A stretch of DNA of 64,000 nucleotides from the human T2T-CHM13v2.0 reference genome, Homo sapiens: NCBI RefSeq assembly GCF_009914755.1, contig NC_060925.1; one strand, 5' to 3'. This document shows, piece after piece, positions 1-14,516 of this stretch. The position numbers were made by a program, and so were the translations under genes. The notes under the pieces were generated by a model, which ran no database searches, was not told where the DNA came from, and saw nothing but the letters and a program-made list of their open reading frames with translations. Numbering within the stretch: the stretch's first letter is position 1; every line of letters starts with the position of its first letter.

Positions 1-2048
1 CACTCCAGCCTGGGCAACAGTGAGGCTCTATCTCAAAAAAATAAAATAAAATAAATGTATAAGGTAATGAGAATGGGGCCTACAGAGAGTAATCAGACTA
101 AGTGTTAACTGTTGTTAATACTATTAAGTGGCCAAAAGCCTTGGGCTAACAGAACACCCCTGGCCTCCGACCTGGCCTCTCTCTCCTGCTCCACATTAAA
201 ACAAAACTGACCACATCATCCCTTCCCTGCTTGAAAAGCTTCAATAACTGGCTCTAAAATGTGTCCAAACCCTTCACATGAGAGTAAGGTCTGCTCTTCC
301 TTGTCCTCTGCCTGCTTCCCTAGCTGCTTCTTCCAGCCTGCTTCCATTCTTCCCATGTTCCTTCAGCCATACGCATACTCACTGACCCTGGAACCTGCTG
401 TGCTTTTTCATGCTTCCATGCCTCGTACAAGCTCTAGTGTCTGTCTTTCACCACCCAGCAGATTCCTGCTCAATTTCCCGTGTGCCCAAAGTAGTTGATC
501 TCTCCTGTGTCCCCTTCATGTTCCAGATATCCTTTCATCCCAGCACACATCACCCAGTATTACAATGGACTGTTTACATGTGAGTTTCTCTCTGGACTGT
601 GACTGCTTCCAGGGTTGGATTGTACCCTTTGCTTCCTGAATCCTTTTTGCCTGACTTGACGCCAGCAGGCCTGTGGCAGAAGCTCAATGTTTGTGGAAGA
701 AGTGAGACTCCCAACTACCTATCCCTGCATCAGAGATGCAGCTCTGATCAGTTGGTGCTAGGTGTGGCAGGGTAGAGATTGAGACCTACTCTTTGTCTTT
801 GAAGGAGCCCCAGTCCCCTGGAGAAGATGAGTCCATGTATTTACAAATAAAAGGGTGCTGAGGCTGCGTGAGTGGAGTGTGGGTCAATCACATTTCCAGG
901 AAACAAATTAGAGGTTGCCAGGTGGGTGTGGAGAAGAAGAAGACATAGGAGGAGAAACAGGGAGGTAATGATTTCATGGAACTCTAGGTGGTTGTTTTGC
1001 GTGAGCATAAAATTAAGAGAAAGATGAAGCCAAACAGGCCTTGTGTGGCAAGATGATGAGCCTAGACTTTAGCATGCATTCAAAACTCTTCCCCGGCCCC
1101 TAATTCTAGGAACTCTCAGCCCAGGGAGGGGTTTCTAGGGCATTTCTTATGTTTCCTACAGCAGCAATGCAAGCTGAGGTATGAACCTAGAAGGGAAAGG
1201 CAGCCCAATTTATAAAACATTTACTTTGACACAGCTTATCTGATTCTCACAAAACTCTGCCCCAAGTGGCTGCCTGGCAAACTCTTACTAACCATTCAAG
1301 GTGTGGCTCAGATGTCCCCTACTTTGAGGCCTTCCCAGATCCACTTAAGCTAAGTTGATCGCTCCCTGATCTATGTTTTCCACTGCTCTCCATAAGTCTC
1401 TCTGATTTTATATCCATCTCCTCTGCTAGACTGGGAGGTCCTTGGGGGCAGGCACTGTCTCATTCATCTTTGTTTCTTGGTCTCCCAGGCCCAGCAAAGA
1501 TAAGGCAAGAGTAAATCTGTTCAATCAATAAATGTGGTATTACTGTGTCTATTTTGCAAATAGGGAAACTGAGGCTCAAAGACTGTGAATGATACATTCA
1601 AGGCCACCTAGTAAGGAGCAGAACCAGCACCTAGGCCTTGTCTGAAGAATCCATCTGGTGAGCAGGAAAGGCACAAGGTTTCACATGGTTAAGGTCAAAG
1701 TTTGGCAAACTTTCAAAGGAATTGTGCTTTGGTTCTGATCCCCGCTGCCCCAAAAACAGCACAGCTGAGGGAAGAACTTCACATTCTGCACTACCTCTGT
1801 GATGACCTGAGGTCAGGCCACTTACTTCACACTAATGCAAACTTCCCAGGTGACCACTGTCTACTTTACTCACCAGCGTCATAGCTCCAGGCACAAGCTT
1901 CTCAGCCAGACAAGCTGGGTCCAAGTCTCAACCTCAACACTTACTGTGTGACCCCTGGGTTTCAGTTTCTCAACTGTAAAATGGGGATAATGATGATACC
2001 AAACTTGCAGGTCATTGTAAGGGTTAACTGAGATAATGCATACAGAGA

Positions 2049-2344
2049 ATTTTTTTTTTTTTTTGAGATGGAGTTTTGCTTTATCACCCAGGCTGCAGTG
2101 CAGAGGCACAATCTCGGCTCACCGCAACCTCTGCCTCCCGGGTTCAGGCAATGCCCCCACCTCAGTCTCCTGAGTAGCTGGGACTAAAGGAGTGCACCAC
2201 CATGCCTGACTAATTTTTGTATTTTTGTAGAGACGGGGTTTCTCCATGTTGGCCAATCTTGTCTCGAACTCCTGACCTCAGGTGATCCACCTGTCTCAGC
2301 CTCCCAAAGTGTTGGGATTACAGGCGTGAGCCACCACGCCCGGC
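2049..2344 (-). mobile_element. AluS inserted in a MIR
   Basis: Full Alu dimer, poly-T, TSD catacagag. Confidence 0.9.
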
Positions 2345-2559
2345 ATACAGAGGGTTTAGTATGATGTCTGGCACAGCACATGGGCAATGTTCCTTCCTTT
2401 CCACCTCCCTACCCCATTGCCCAAATCTTTTATCTCTTCAGGGTTTGGCTCCAGTCTCTCATTCTCCTCCATGAAGCCTCCCTGCTCTGACTGATGCAAC
2501 CTTCACTCATTGCCCTCTAACTCCTGCAGCCCTTGTTTATGCCACACAATTCAGGGTAT

Positions 2560-3095
2560 TCAATTGAGCTGGATTCCTATTGGTTACATCCTCAGGATCC
2601 GGACTGCTTTCCCCTTCCCCAAAGTCTCAGTTCCCATCAGGAATCCATGTAGTTTCAGGGAAGCTGATTCTACTCTCTCCCTCCCCTATCTCCCCAGTTC
2701 TAAGGGTGAGGTACATGATCTAGGCTAAGCCAGTAAACAACCCTTGCCACTAATTGCTGATTCAGAGGTGGGCATGTAATCTTATTCAGTTCACAGTGAC
2801 TCTCAGGACTTTTGCTGGGAATTCTGTGATACAGGGTCTCTGTATTTTCTCTTGTTCTGGATGTTGCGGAGTACAGATGTCACGTCTGGAACTGCTGCAG
2901 TCATTTTGCTACCATGAGAGAGACAAGCCTGATGATACCAAGGGGGCAGTCAGAGACTGGCACATAAGTGAAGTCCTGACCACACCATGCCTGACTGCTG
3001 GGCTCCACTAGACTTTTCAGTTGCATGAGTCAACAAATGTCCTTTATTGAGCCAGTTTTCTGTTATTTACAACTCAAAGCATTCTGATTTAAACA
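2560..3095 (+). mobile_element. Ancient MLT1-type LTR fragment
   Basis: gacttttcagttgcatgagtcaacaaatgtcctt...tctgttatttacaactcaaagcattctga terminal motif. Confidence 0.55.
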
Positions 3096-4004
3096 TCTAG
3101 TTAAATGATTTTGTTTAGGTCACCAAGAAATGTATTTATTCACTTGTATGTTGACTAGGTCCCTGCTACATACAAGCACTGTGCTGGATGCTAGGATTTA
3201 ATGATGAATAGCATTAATGTGGTACTATTCTCATCAGGGAGCCCAAGCATGACATATAGTATGGCAAAAGGAATTAGAGATTAAAATGCCTGTGTTTAGG
3301 GGATGGCTCTGATGTTGTATTTAACTTCCTCAGTATCCATCTTACCTCCTTTGGATAGCAGAACCCTGACTTTTCTTTGGGAAGCCATCTAAAGGCCTGG
3401 TCAGTGGACCCAAGCCTGGCCAAGAGGCATATTCCATGCTCCTGGCCACAGCAACTAATTCAGCGATGGGCATAAAAGTCAGCCCTGAGACTGCAAACTT
3501 TAAAAACAGGTCCTGTCCTGCTGGGGTCACTAAACTGGGGAAACATAAGCCTGGGTTTCCTTAAGCTGAAAAAGAGTGCTAAGACTAGTTTATCTCCGAG
3601 AGTTGGTAGCAATAAACTTCTCTGACTTCACCCATTATTCAACTAGATATTATCAGTGCCTCCTCTGTGCCGGGCCCTGGGCTGCATGATAGGGAAAGAG
3701 GGATGAGGCAGACTTATTCATTTGCCGTCTTTAGCTGAGTGTTGAAAAGACTCAGCTAAACATACACAGTATAGCCATACAAGGGGTAATCAGAGGGCAC
3801 CAACTCAGCCTGAATTGTTAGTTTTGTGTTTTAAAATTATGTGACATGTTAAACATAGAAAAATTAGAAGACATACTAAGAACTTTAAAACAAAAATCTC
3901 CCTTAATTCAACCACTCAGCTATGATCATTGTTAACATTTTCATCTATATGCACCCGGATGCTTTTCTATGTACATACACTTTTAAATAAAAAAAAAAAA
4001 AATG

Positions 4005-4245
4005 CAATGTGGTATAAAGGGTTGGAGCCTGGATAGAAAAGACATTAGTAGAAAAACTACTGAAAACCAAATATAGTCAGTCTAGTAATATACCAATGTT
4101 AATCTCTTAGTTTTGACAAATGTACCATACTTAAGTAAAATGTTAACATTAGAGGAAACTAGGTGAAGTATATACAGAAACTCTCTATACTATTTTTAGA
4201 ACCTTTCTGTAAACTTAAAATTACTCCAAAATAAAAAGTTTCCTT
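4005..4245 (+). mobile_element. Old L1M 3'-end fragment
   Basis: aatgttaatctcttagttttgacaaatgtacca...gttaacattagaggaaactaggtgaag...actctctatactatttt...aaataaaaagtt. Confidence 0.65.
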
Positions 4246-5800
4246 TTAAAAATAGATCCATTCTTTACCCAGACATGGTGGCGCACAAGACCAGCCTGGG
4301 CAACATATGGAGATCCTGTCTCTAGGAGGAAAAAAAAAAAAAAAAAAAAGCATATTCCATTCTGTATTGTTTTAAAACCTTTGTTTATTCACTTAATAAA
4401 TTTACCATAAAATCTTTGTCTTAAAATGACTTATTTCGTGATCACATACTATTCCATCCCATGAATCAATCAGCCAATCTCCCCTTTTGTTGGAAATTTA
4501 GGTTGTTTCCAATTCTAACCCTGTTATAAAGAATGCTTTCTGCACATACTTAGTCATTTCCTTGGGGGACATGTACAAACTGGAATTGCTGAGCCAGAGC
4601 TGCTAGCTTGGAAACACTTACTGAGCACTATGGGAGTCACTGTTCTAAAACACCTGACAGACATGAACTCATCCTGTCAACAGCACAAAGAGAGAGGTAC
4701 TGTTCTCATTCCCTTACCACAGGACAATTTTCAAAGGTTTCCAAAACATGAGCCAACATATTCTCACTAAAGACTCTCACGGCCCACTCCAGCACCTCAC
4801 TGGTGTCACGTGCACACAGATCTACCCCACCATGTTCTTTTGTGCTCCCTCCTATTTTGGCCTCAAGATAGGAGCAGGTACAGCCAGGCCAAGGTGTGGT
4901 TTCAGCAGTTGAAGATGCTCCCCTCATCTTCAACTATAGAATGTCCTACTCTCAGTAAGCTTTGGGGGTGCCAAGACCATTGCTATCTGGTTGGCTGCCA
5001 TGTCAGGACCACAATGTCTCCTGCCAGCCTGGAGTAGAATCAGCATCCCTGGGGAAGATAACACTGATTCCCATCTCCACTCAGGGGCACATCTGGCAGC
5101 TCAGGAAACACTCCAGTGAAAAGCAACCTGTTCGGGTTTGGTACTGAATTCCAAGGGGGATGAGGTGGCACTGAGGAATAGGAATGGGTAAAGATACCTA
5201 TCCTGAAATAGCTGGTAGCCATGGTAAGGTCCTTTTTTCCTCAGCAAATGGCCCTGGGAAAGGACATAGAAAGGATCATTTATTGGGCAGCTGCTATTTC
5301 TCAATTCATATGAACTTCACCACTCTTCTAGATGAGTGCTATGACCCTCATTTTACAGATGAGTTCATTGAGGCTTACAGGTTAAGTGTCTCCCTCAAGG
5401 CACACAGTAAGCTACTGTCAGGGCCAAGATCTAAGCACAGACCATCTTTGTCATCCTCAGAACTCATGCCCATACCACTAGACACATGACTGGAAAAGAG
5501 AGCTGACAATAAAACTGAAGGACTTCCCCCACTTCAGCCCCACAGCAAAGTATCGCCTGATTCATGGTCAAAGCACAGACTGTGGTGTGTTTAGGGGAGA
5601 GAGGAAGAGTGGCACATGGGCTGAGCTTAAAGCGGTCCATCAAATCTCTATGTACGTATCCTTGTCTTTTGCTCTTCTGCATTCTTGACATTATTCATGA
5701 GCTGAAAAACTTCCCTTCTACGGTCACTGTGCTTTGTTTGAAAAACTTATCTCTAATCAGATACAGATTTCCCAAGAACTCTGGTAGGGGTTCTCTAGGT

Positions 5801-6090
5801 CAGCAGTCTCCAAGATTTTTGGCACCAGGGACTAGTTTCGTGGAAGACAATTTTTCCACAGACCAGGATGAAACTGTTCCACCTCAGATAATCAGGCATT
5901 AATTAGATTCTCACAAGGAGCGGGCAACCTACATTACTCGCATGCATAGTTCACAATAGGGTTTGTGCTCCTATGAGAATCTAATGCTACTGCTGATCTG
6001 ACAGGAGGTGGAGCTTAGGCGGTAATGCTCACTTGCCTGTCGCTCACCTCCTGCTGGTGGTAGTCATGGCCTGGGGGTTGGGGACCCCTG
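5801..6090 (+). mobile_element. MER1B-like hAT-Charlie DNA transposon fossil
   Basis: TIR-like ends cagcagtctccaa / ttggggacccctg, typical MER1 internal sequence, degenerate 8-bp TSD ctctaggt/cttgaggt. Confidence 0.8.
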
Positions 6091-6465
6091 CTTGAGGTTA
6101 AAGCAGCCCAGAGCACCAGTGGCCGCTGTACCCTCCCTTGTGCTGTGCCCTCAGCTGGAATGCTGCCACCCTCTGCATGGAGTCACCCAGATCCCACTTC
6201 CTTCACAAAGCTACCTTCTTCTCTGCAGTCTGACCTCCTGTACTGCATAATTAGCCCTTCCTTTACACTCTGCTTCTCTTCCAAAATAGACTCAAGGCAG
6301 TTTACAACACACATGAGCACAAAAATGCTAAACACAGAACTAAAATTGGGCTGGCGTTGAAATTTTATTAAGAAACCATGGCTGAGGAATGATTAACAAC
6401 TGAACACAAGACGTAGTTTTGAGTTTCCTCACAGCCAGGGCAAGAAGGAAGACAGTAGAAAGTGA

Positions 6466-6777
<312 letters not shown>

Positions 6778-7594
6778 AAAATGAAGCATTTCTTATTTAG
6801 TAGAAGAAAGAAGACCAGCTAAACAGGAAGCATAATGAACTCCTAGCTAAGCTCAGAGGAATTTGTCTGCAAAACCCTTACAGAACACCACACAATCAAA
6901 TTATTTGCTCCATAGCAACTTTACCCCCAAAGTGCAGATCTGTTTGGCTTATTGGCTTGAGGGCTACCTGCACAGGATCTAGGCCCATGTTGTCTTGCCC
7001 TCTGATGCTCTGTCTTTCCATTTCCACCTGTTTTCTGCTGGGGGCACCTCAATCTGGACTGGGCACCTGGAAGGGGCCCTCTGTGAGAGCAGCTCATCAT
7101 CACACTGCCATGGATGACTCTAAACCCAAAGCTGCTGCATTCCCAAAACATCAGAAGCACACTGCTCCCCCTGGAGTTATGAATAATGCAACACCATCAG
7201 CTACACAGAGCTGCAATCTGAGACGGCTGCCTGTGACTCAACAGCCTACATACACACCCTCTCCTGGCCACCTTATCCAGAACCAGGAGATAATCGTGGA
7301 GGACAAGAGATGGGAACCGGCTCCTTCCCCCAACATAACTCACCCCTCCAGCCTTTCTGGAATACGGGTGATTCCAGGAGCTATGCAAATCCAGCACATT
7401 GGAACTTTAGTACCAACAATAAGGAAACAACGGAGGATGGCAAAATAGAAAAAGGTCTTACCTGTGGCAGGTCCTTCACTGTAACAGAGCAAACCTACTT
7501 GAGTTTCTCCTTTTGTTTGGATCCATGGCTCATAGCCTTTTCTGTATCATGAGTGCCTTTGAGATCATTTCATCTCTCCCCAGCAAAGTGTCAA

Positions 7595-7810
7595 AGCAAT
7601 TGGCACAGTGTTAAGAGGCTGGGGTGTGGAGCCAGACTTGGACTCAGGCTCTGGTTCTGCCATTATCAGATGTCTGAATCTCAAAGTCTACAGACATACC
7701 ATAGAGATAATAGCAATACTTACCTCCACAGGGTTATCGAGGAGAATAAATGAGATAATGCATGCAGAACCTCTCACACAGCTAAGAATTTAATATGTTA
7801 GACTATTATT
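7595..7810 (+). mobile_element. MIR element
   Basis: gtgttaagaggct...ggagccagac...ataatagcaatacttacctccacagggttatcgaggagaataaatgagataatgcatg (MIR core). Confidence 0.7.
7789..7794 (-). terminator. AK2: Distal polyA signal ATTAAA
   Basis: tttaat on + strand, with tgtgtg just downstream on the minus strand; at the edge of a MIR. Confidence 0.55.
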
Positions 7811-9724
7811 AATTATGAAAACACATAAAGAATTCTGCATATAATTTCAGAGGTCTATGATTTCTAGGGGATCCTTAGCCTGGTTCCGGATGGTCAGTAA
7901 GACAACTTTCTTCAATGCCTACATTTTCCCTCTGAATTCCATCTGTGTTTACTAAGCATCTGCTGTGTCCTGGGCAGTCCAACCCACATGAGTATCTTGG
8001 TCACTAGTGTCATCAGCACCTTTGAGGGGTAGGGATCATTCCTATTCTACTGATGAGGTGAGATAACTTGTCCAAGGTCGCATGGTGAAGTCGCTGTTGA
8101 AATCTGTCTTCTGACTCGTTGCTCTGTCTTCATCTGAGGAAAGACTTGTGAGGCTTCTGAGGAGGCTGCTCTCCATCCTGCTGTGTTCTGTCAGTGACAC
8201 TTTGTGCACACAGGAGATCCTAAGACACATACCCTAGGCCCTCAGAGCCGGCAGTGACTTCTTCAAAATCAGTTCCGGCAGCGCTGAGTGTCCATGGAAA
8301 AGAGCTCTTATTCAGAGCAGCCCTTCCTGTGTGCAGAGCTACGCAAGTAATTAAATCACTTCAGCAACAAGATCAAGGGGACGGATAAGTGTTAGAGACT
8401 GTGTTTCAGTCCTGACTGCCTCTTATGCATGACCTCAGGAATGCCACTTCACCTCTCTGAGTCTGGTTTCCTCACCTATAAAAGTGAAGGACAGTTCTGA
8501 CTCCACAGGGTGCTGTGTGAGGGTTACGTGAAGTCGAGGGTTACATGAAGCCTTTGCATAATACCTGGCACAACGTCAGTCTTCCGGGAGTGGTAGGACT
8601 AGTCTGCATTCTTGGTTTGCAGATTAGATGAGGAAACCCAGGCCCAAAGAAGCAAACAAACAATAGCTCACCCAGTCTTCTCTGTTTATTCTTCTCAACT
8701 ACACCATGCTGCTTTGCAGGTTGGTTTGACAAACATTTCCCCACAATTAGATGCATGATGACCAAGGGAGGAAAGAAAATTTTCACAGGGTATTTAAAAA
8801 GCTCAGGGAACAAACAGATCAGTGCAAATCAGTAAGGCTAACACCTGAAAATGACTCTGCACAGGTGAGGAAGTGGAGCAGAAGAGGGAGGGGCTGGTTC
8901 AGGGAACAGGATTTAATATGTCAGTGAAGACCCTGCCTCTCTCTGTAACAAGATGCCTAAAGAAGAATAGTGGTGCTTCCAGCCCAGCTCCCTCTTGTTT
9001 TGGGAACAACAGTCATTTCTCAGAAACCTCACTTGCAAAGGCAGCCCTTCCAAAAACATGAGAGCTTTAGTTTGGAGAAATTATTTAAGCTCACTTTTGC
9101 TGGAGAGGAAATGAATTTAAACTAGGACACACAGAGAAGCAACAAAGAGTGTTAAAGAAGCAACTGAAAAGGTAGTCAAAGATCTGGCTTAAGGATTAGA
9201 AGCACTGGCTTTCTAGACTATGGACAAGTGTCCATTCAACAGTTATCCAGCCTGGCAGGAAGCAGATATCTTTCTGTGTATATCTGGATCCAACTAACAT
9301 TTATCCAATGTCTGTTGCATGCCAGGTACTGAGCAAAAACCTTCTTCCTATAAATTTCATTTAATGCCATTAAGGCCAAGAAGGTGGCATAACCAACTTC
9401 CTTTTTCAGCTGAGGAAACAGGAGCACAGTGAATAACTAACTGGCTGGGATTTGTCCTAGGTCCCCTGAACTCCAAGCACAGTGCTATCTCCACTAGACC
9501 AAGCTGCCTTGTCTCTGGGCTCAAGAGAAGCCTGCATAGGAGCTGAAGGTCAAGAGGTTGCAGGCTTATCTCATATGCACATACTTGGACCTCCCTACCA
9601 CACAGCTGCCAGCGACAAGAAAGGGCTTCTTTTCCTTCCAGCCAGGTCCAGAATTCAATGTCATTTTTCTAGCTTAGATTATCTAAAAAAAATGCCACAA
9701 CAGGGGATACAAATTTTAACATAT

Positions 9725-9730
9725 TTTATT
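9725..9730 (-). terminator. AK2: PolyA signal AATAAA in AK2 3' UTR
   Basis: tttatt on + strand with a U/GU-rich region downstream on the minus strand (ttgtggcattttttt). Confidence 0.65.
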
Positions 9731-10616
9731 GATTTAGGGGCCAAACAAGGCAGCATTTGGTCAGTTAAGAAAGGCACCTCATTGAAAATAATACATCACA
9801 GTGCTGTTGAGTGATCCCAGTCACAGGATTTGAGAATGGAAAGGACAATCTTTGGATGACATAGCTTAGGACACTTGCTCATTTATTTAAAAGAGTCCCT
9901 TCACACAGTGCAGATAAAAGAAGGCAAGAGCATAGGATTGTGGCATGTGCTGGGTAGCTGTGAGAGGTTACTCATGAAAGTAGGTAGCCTAGTAAATTAG
10001 TGGTAAGTCAGGGGAAGGGAATCAGCCTCCCTTTCCATTTCATTCCCTTCCCCCTCCCCTTGATTCCAGTTTGCTTGATTTGTTGAGCCACCATCCCTAT
10101 GAATACACCTTACATCTCTTTCAAATGTGGAGATGGTTTTTTGATCTTACAGTGTGTGGAACCGGAGTCAGTAATCAAAGCTCCCTGTTCCAAGCTATAG
10201 ACAGACAGGACAACAATTTGATTTCCTGTACTCTTGGTCTGGAACCCATGGGGTTCTGAGATAAAAGCTGAGGTCTTAGAGCACTGGCTTTAAAAAATAT
10301 TTTCACCAGTCCAGAGTAAATGAAAACCCGATTCCTTAGAAATAATATTGTGTCTATTTCTACCCCCACCCTCCAAGCATGGTGTTTTTTAAAAAATTAA
10401 TTTTTCCCTTACACTTTAAAAACTCTCACCTATGTATAAAAGAAACTGCCACACTACAATAACACTGCTGTTGTTCCAAGTATTCCTCTGAGCCCCTCAC
10501 CAGCCCTCCCTCACCATCCTCACCCTGACCACCCTTCCCCTCTGCCCAGCACCTAAGAGCAGGGATCACGCCGCGGGGTGATGAGCAGTGTTGCAGTCTC
10601 GCCTGGCCTTCTGATA

Positions 10617-10621
10617 CTAGG
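10617..10621 (-). CDS. AK2: AK2 exon 7 coding part for isoform B (CC TAG, completing Ser232 + stop)
   Basis: Polypyrimidine tract and ctatttcag| acceptor at 10622; T|CC TAG gives ...FSKATS*, the known 232-aa AK2B end. Confidence 0.93.
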
Positions 10622-12401
10622 CTGAAATAGAGAGGAAACAAGAGAGAACAAAATGGGTTTTTAAAAACCAAGTACATATCAGAGGAGGCTGGCATGTAAG
10701 CCCCAGCAACCAAATGCATTAAACACTGGACATTTCTGTGACAGGTAAAAGCAGAACCTGCTGAGGCTGAGGAACTCTGGAATTAAATGAAGCAAAAACA
10801 GAATCCTAACCATACTGAGAAGGGTATATGCATTCCCTATGAATCTTCCAGTTCTTATGGGCAGCCCAAATATTACTTGTACATGTTGTATGCACACGTG
10901 AATCTATGTGGACGGATGACAAATATTTGGGCAAGGATCATGCACATAAAATTAGCAAACATTCAAGAACCTCAACTTTGAGGCCAAGTGCTTACAATTG
11001 TCCCTAGTTAAAGGGGAGCTGATTCTAAGATTCATGATGCCACTGTCACCCAGAGAAGGATCCCAGACCAGGCACACATAGCTGACAGTTTTTGTTTCAC
11101 TCCTCTTCCTTGCCCATTCCCAGAAGTCATGTGCTTCCCAGAAACACACAAAGCCAGACTGAGTTTCCATTAAGAGTGGGTGGAGTTGGTTTAGAGCCAG
11201 GAAAACAAGGCAGGACAGAGGCAGCAGACACTCACTTGGACCAGGCAAAGAGGGAAGCAAGGTGGCCAGGTACTCATGCCCAGTTGCCATGTGGACAGCA
11301 GATAAGACCTCTGGTAGTCTCACAGATGGCAGGAGAGCTCAGGTCAGGAGGCTGGGCACTTTAGAGTCCACTGAATCGAGTCAGCAGCAGATTATGCTGA
11401 GGCTGGCGATATTATTTACTGGATCTGCCACTGACTTTCTAATGGTTTTTCCAGAGGCTGCCGTTTTTGTGGTCCTTCATAGCAGTCTGTTACTTCATCT
11501 GTTTGCCACAAATCAAACCAGAGACCAAAAGACAGCAGGGACCTTAGAAAATGCTCAATAGTTGGGAAGCTAAGGTTATGAATAAAAGCTGGTAACTGTC
11601 ACAGGTGGTCTTATTTCTGGGTGATCTTTTCTTGGGGAAGTCCATGGCTATAGCCATCATAAAATTAGGGGTGAAGGGTTGGATCTAGAAAGGAGAGGGT
11701 TTGGGCTTAAAAAGAACATATCTGATTTCAGTTTTATGTCCTGGAGAGAGACTGGGTTTGAATAAATACTGATCAAAATGAATCCAAGAATAGATCACAC
11801 ACTGTTTTGTTCACACTTGGAAACACAGGCAAACATTAAAAATAAAAGCAAATAAACCTACCCTGGTCTCTTTTTGGGGAAGTAGATTTGACTGCTCTCA
11901 GATGATCAGCCTGGATGTTCAGAAGACAATCTGAATTCAAAAGGACCTTTCACCTGGTTTAATTCTCTGGCAACAATTCAGTTTTCAAACCCAATTCCCA
12001 AATAATTGCTATTTTCAGCATCATGATGCAGATCACAAAAATATTCCAATTTGGCCTGGCTCTTTTTATGACGATATCCTCTCCCAGTAATTTCTGTAAC
12101 CTGCAAAGTAAGTGCCTTTTTCCTTCCACCTAGGGGGAAAAAATTAATGATCCCTGTTCACACACTGACTCACGTGGGTTTTCATCATGGGTTAGAAAAC
12201 AAAATGGAATTCTCTGTCCATAATGTGCCATCAGGAACTGTGACCCTGCCTGACTTCACATGATCCTGGACTTCTAATCAGCTGCTGGAAATGGAAGAAA
12301 TACTATGAGGTTCTGGAATTGCGGTCCCTGGAAGATTACCTGGGTTAGTTCATTTTGGTCAAAAAATAAAATCAAAAGTATGGTTAAAGAAGTAAACAGC
12401 T

Positions 12402-12705
12402 GGGCTGGGTGTAGTGGCTCACGTCTGTGATCCTGGCACTTCAGGAGGCCAAGGTGGGTGGATTGCTTAAGCCTAGGAGTTCAAGACCAGCCTGGGCAAC
12501 TTGGCAAAATCCTGTCTCTACAAAAAATACAAATATCAGCCAGGTGTTGTGGCATGCACCTGTAGTCCCAGCTGCTCAGGAGGCTGAGGTGGGATAATTG
12601 CTTGAGCCCCAGGAGGCAGAGGTTGCCGTGAGCCAAGATCACGCCACTGCACTCCAGCCAGGGTGGCAGAGCGAAACCTTGTCTCAAAACAACAACAAAA
12701 AAGAA
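12402..12705 (+). mobile_element. Alu in AK2 intron 6 / extended isoform A 3' UTR (antisense to AK2)
   Basis: Full dimer; TSD aagaagtaaacagctgg. Confidence 0.9.
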
Positions 12706-12772
12706 GTAAACAGCTGGTAAAGCAACCTAGCCTAAAACTTACAAAGTAGCAGAGTGAACACATATGTGCATG

Positions 12773-12805
12773 CACACACACACACACACAACACACATAC
12801 ACACA
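12773..12805. repeat. Imperfect (CA)n / (TG)n tract downstream of exon 6
   Basis: cacacacacacacacacaacacacatacacaca. Confidence 0.9.
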
Positions 12806-12850
12806 GATGAGAGTAGCACACACGCCAAAGATACATCAAGCAAGTGCTTT

Positions 12851-12856
12851 TTTAAT
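12851..12856 (-). terminator. AK2: Proximal polyA signal (ATTAAA) for short isoform A mRNA
   Basis: tttaat on + strand ~115 nt past the TAA, followed downstream by a GU-rich (TG)n tract. Confidence 0.65.
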
Positions 12857-12968
12857 CAATACATCAAATGATATTTTTGCTAGCCTGAGGAAGCTTCTCT
12901 TTGCCTGTCCTATCATTCCCACCCATTGCCTCACAGGGATGGAAAGAAATTCCTTCTTGGACCCAACA

Positions 12969-13241
<273 letters not shown>

Positions 13242-14201
13242 TTATTCCATGCCAGATGCAGATTTGAGATGGGACCATTCTGCCCAGGATGCTGTCTGTT
13301 CCCAAAGCCCATCAGAGACAAAGACAGGCAATCCAGACCCTCTCCAGTGAAGAACTTTGCTACTCCCAGGAGCAGAGCAGCTGGTGAACAGAAGTCAGAG
13401 AGTTTGTCAGAAACACCAACTGTGAGGAAAGGGGCTCATGAGGGGAAGATAGGCAATGACTTTCTCATCTTTGTGCTCAGGCGATTCAGCTTCCAAGATA
13501 AACACTTCTAGGGTCAAAAGTAAGGAAGTCAAAAAGGCCCCTAAGACCAGAATACATCAAAATCAAAGATACATTAGCAATTGTAATCTTAGTTGCTTAA
13601 ATATTTAGTGTATTTACTAGAGTGTCACCCATCAACATTCTAAAAGTGGCAAGTAAAATAAGAACTTTCAATGGTAGAATTAGCAACTTTGCAAAATGTG
13701 ACTAAGTTGCCATAACGGCTCTGGAACCTGTATTTATAGAACCTGAATGACCTGATGAACTTGTTTCATAGGACAAAGGTAAACCCAGGAAATTCTTACT
13801 GTTGCCTGCATGCTTTAAAACAAACCATATAGACTCTTTATGGCAAATGGTGCAGTGACCATGTATGAAACCCCAGGACACAGTACAGCAGCAATAACTA
13901 TAAAAAGAATATTTTTCTGGAGGACTGGTCATCAAACTTCTCTTCAGTGCCACACTCTTCCCACTCTCCAATTGTAGGCTTTTAAGAAAGCTTCTCCTGA
14001 TTAGCTGATCACTTAGGTGGCCATGATGCCAGAAAAGGGGCTGCTCTTGACAGAAGACAGGTACAATCTGGGCACTGCAAAAAGCTAGCACCACTGGAAG
14101 CAACCTTGAGGCCAAGCAATAAACCACCTGAGGAGACACTGAATAGATCTGACACAGGCCATGTGATTTACTTGATAGTGTTATTTTTCATGACTAAGTT
14201 A

Positions 14202-14516
<315 letters not shown>

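Larger units (their letters stand above)
7775..10616 (-). other. AK2: AK2 long 3' UTR (exon 7), distal end approximate
   Basis: Follows the isoform B stop; candidate polyA signals at 9882-9887, 9725-9730 (AATAAA) and 7789-7794 (ATTAAA) on the minus strand. Confidence 0.7.

Noticed and set aside
6957-7448. 163-aa plus-strand ORF
   Set aside because: Non-ATG start, no recognisable domain, no supporting exon structure
10560-10619. Stop-codon readthrough of isoform B
   Set aside because: Context UAG-UAUC is not the UGA-CUAG leaky motif; no supporting evidence
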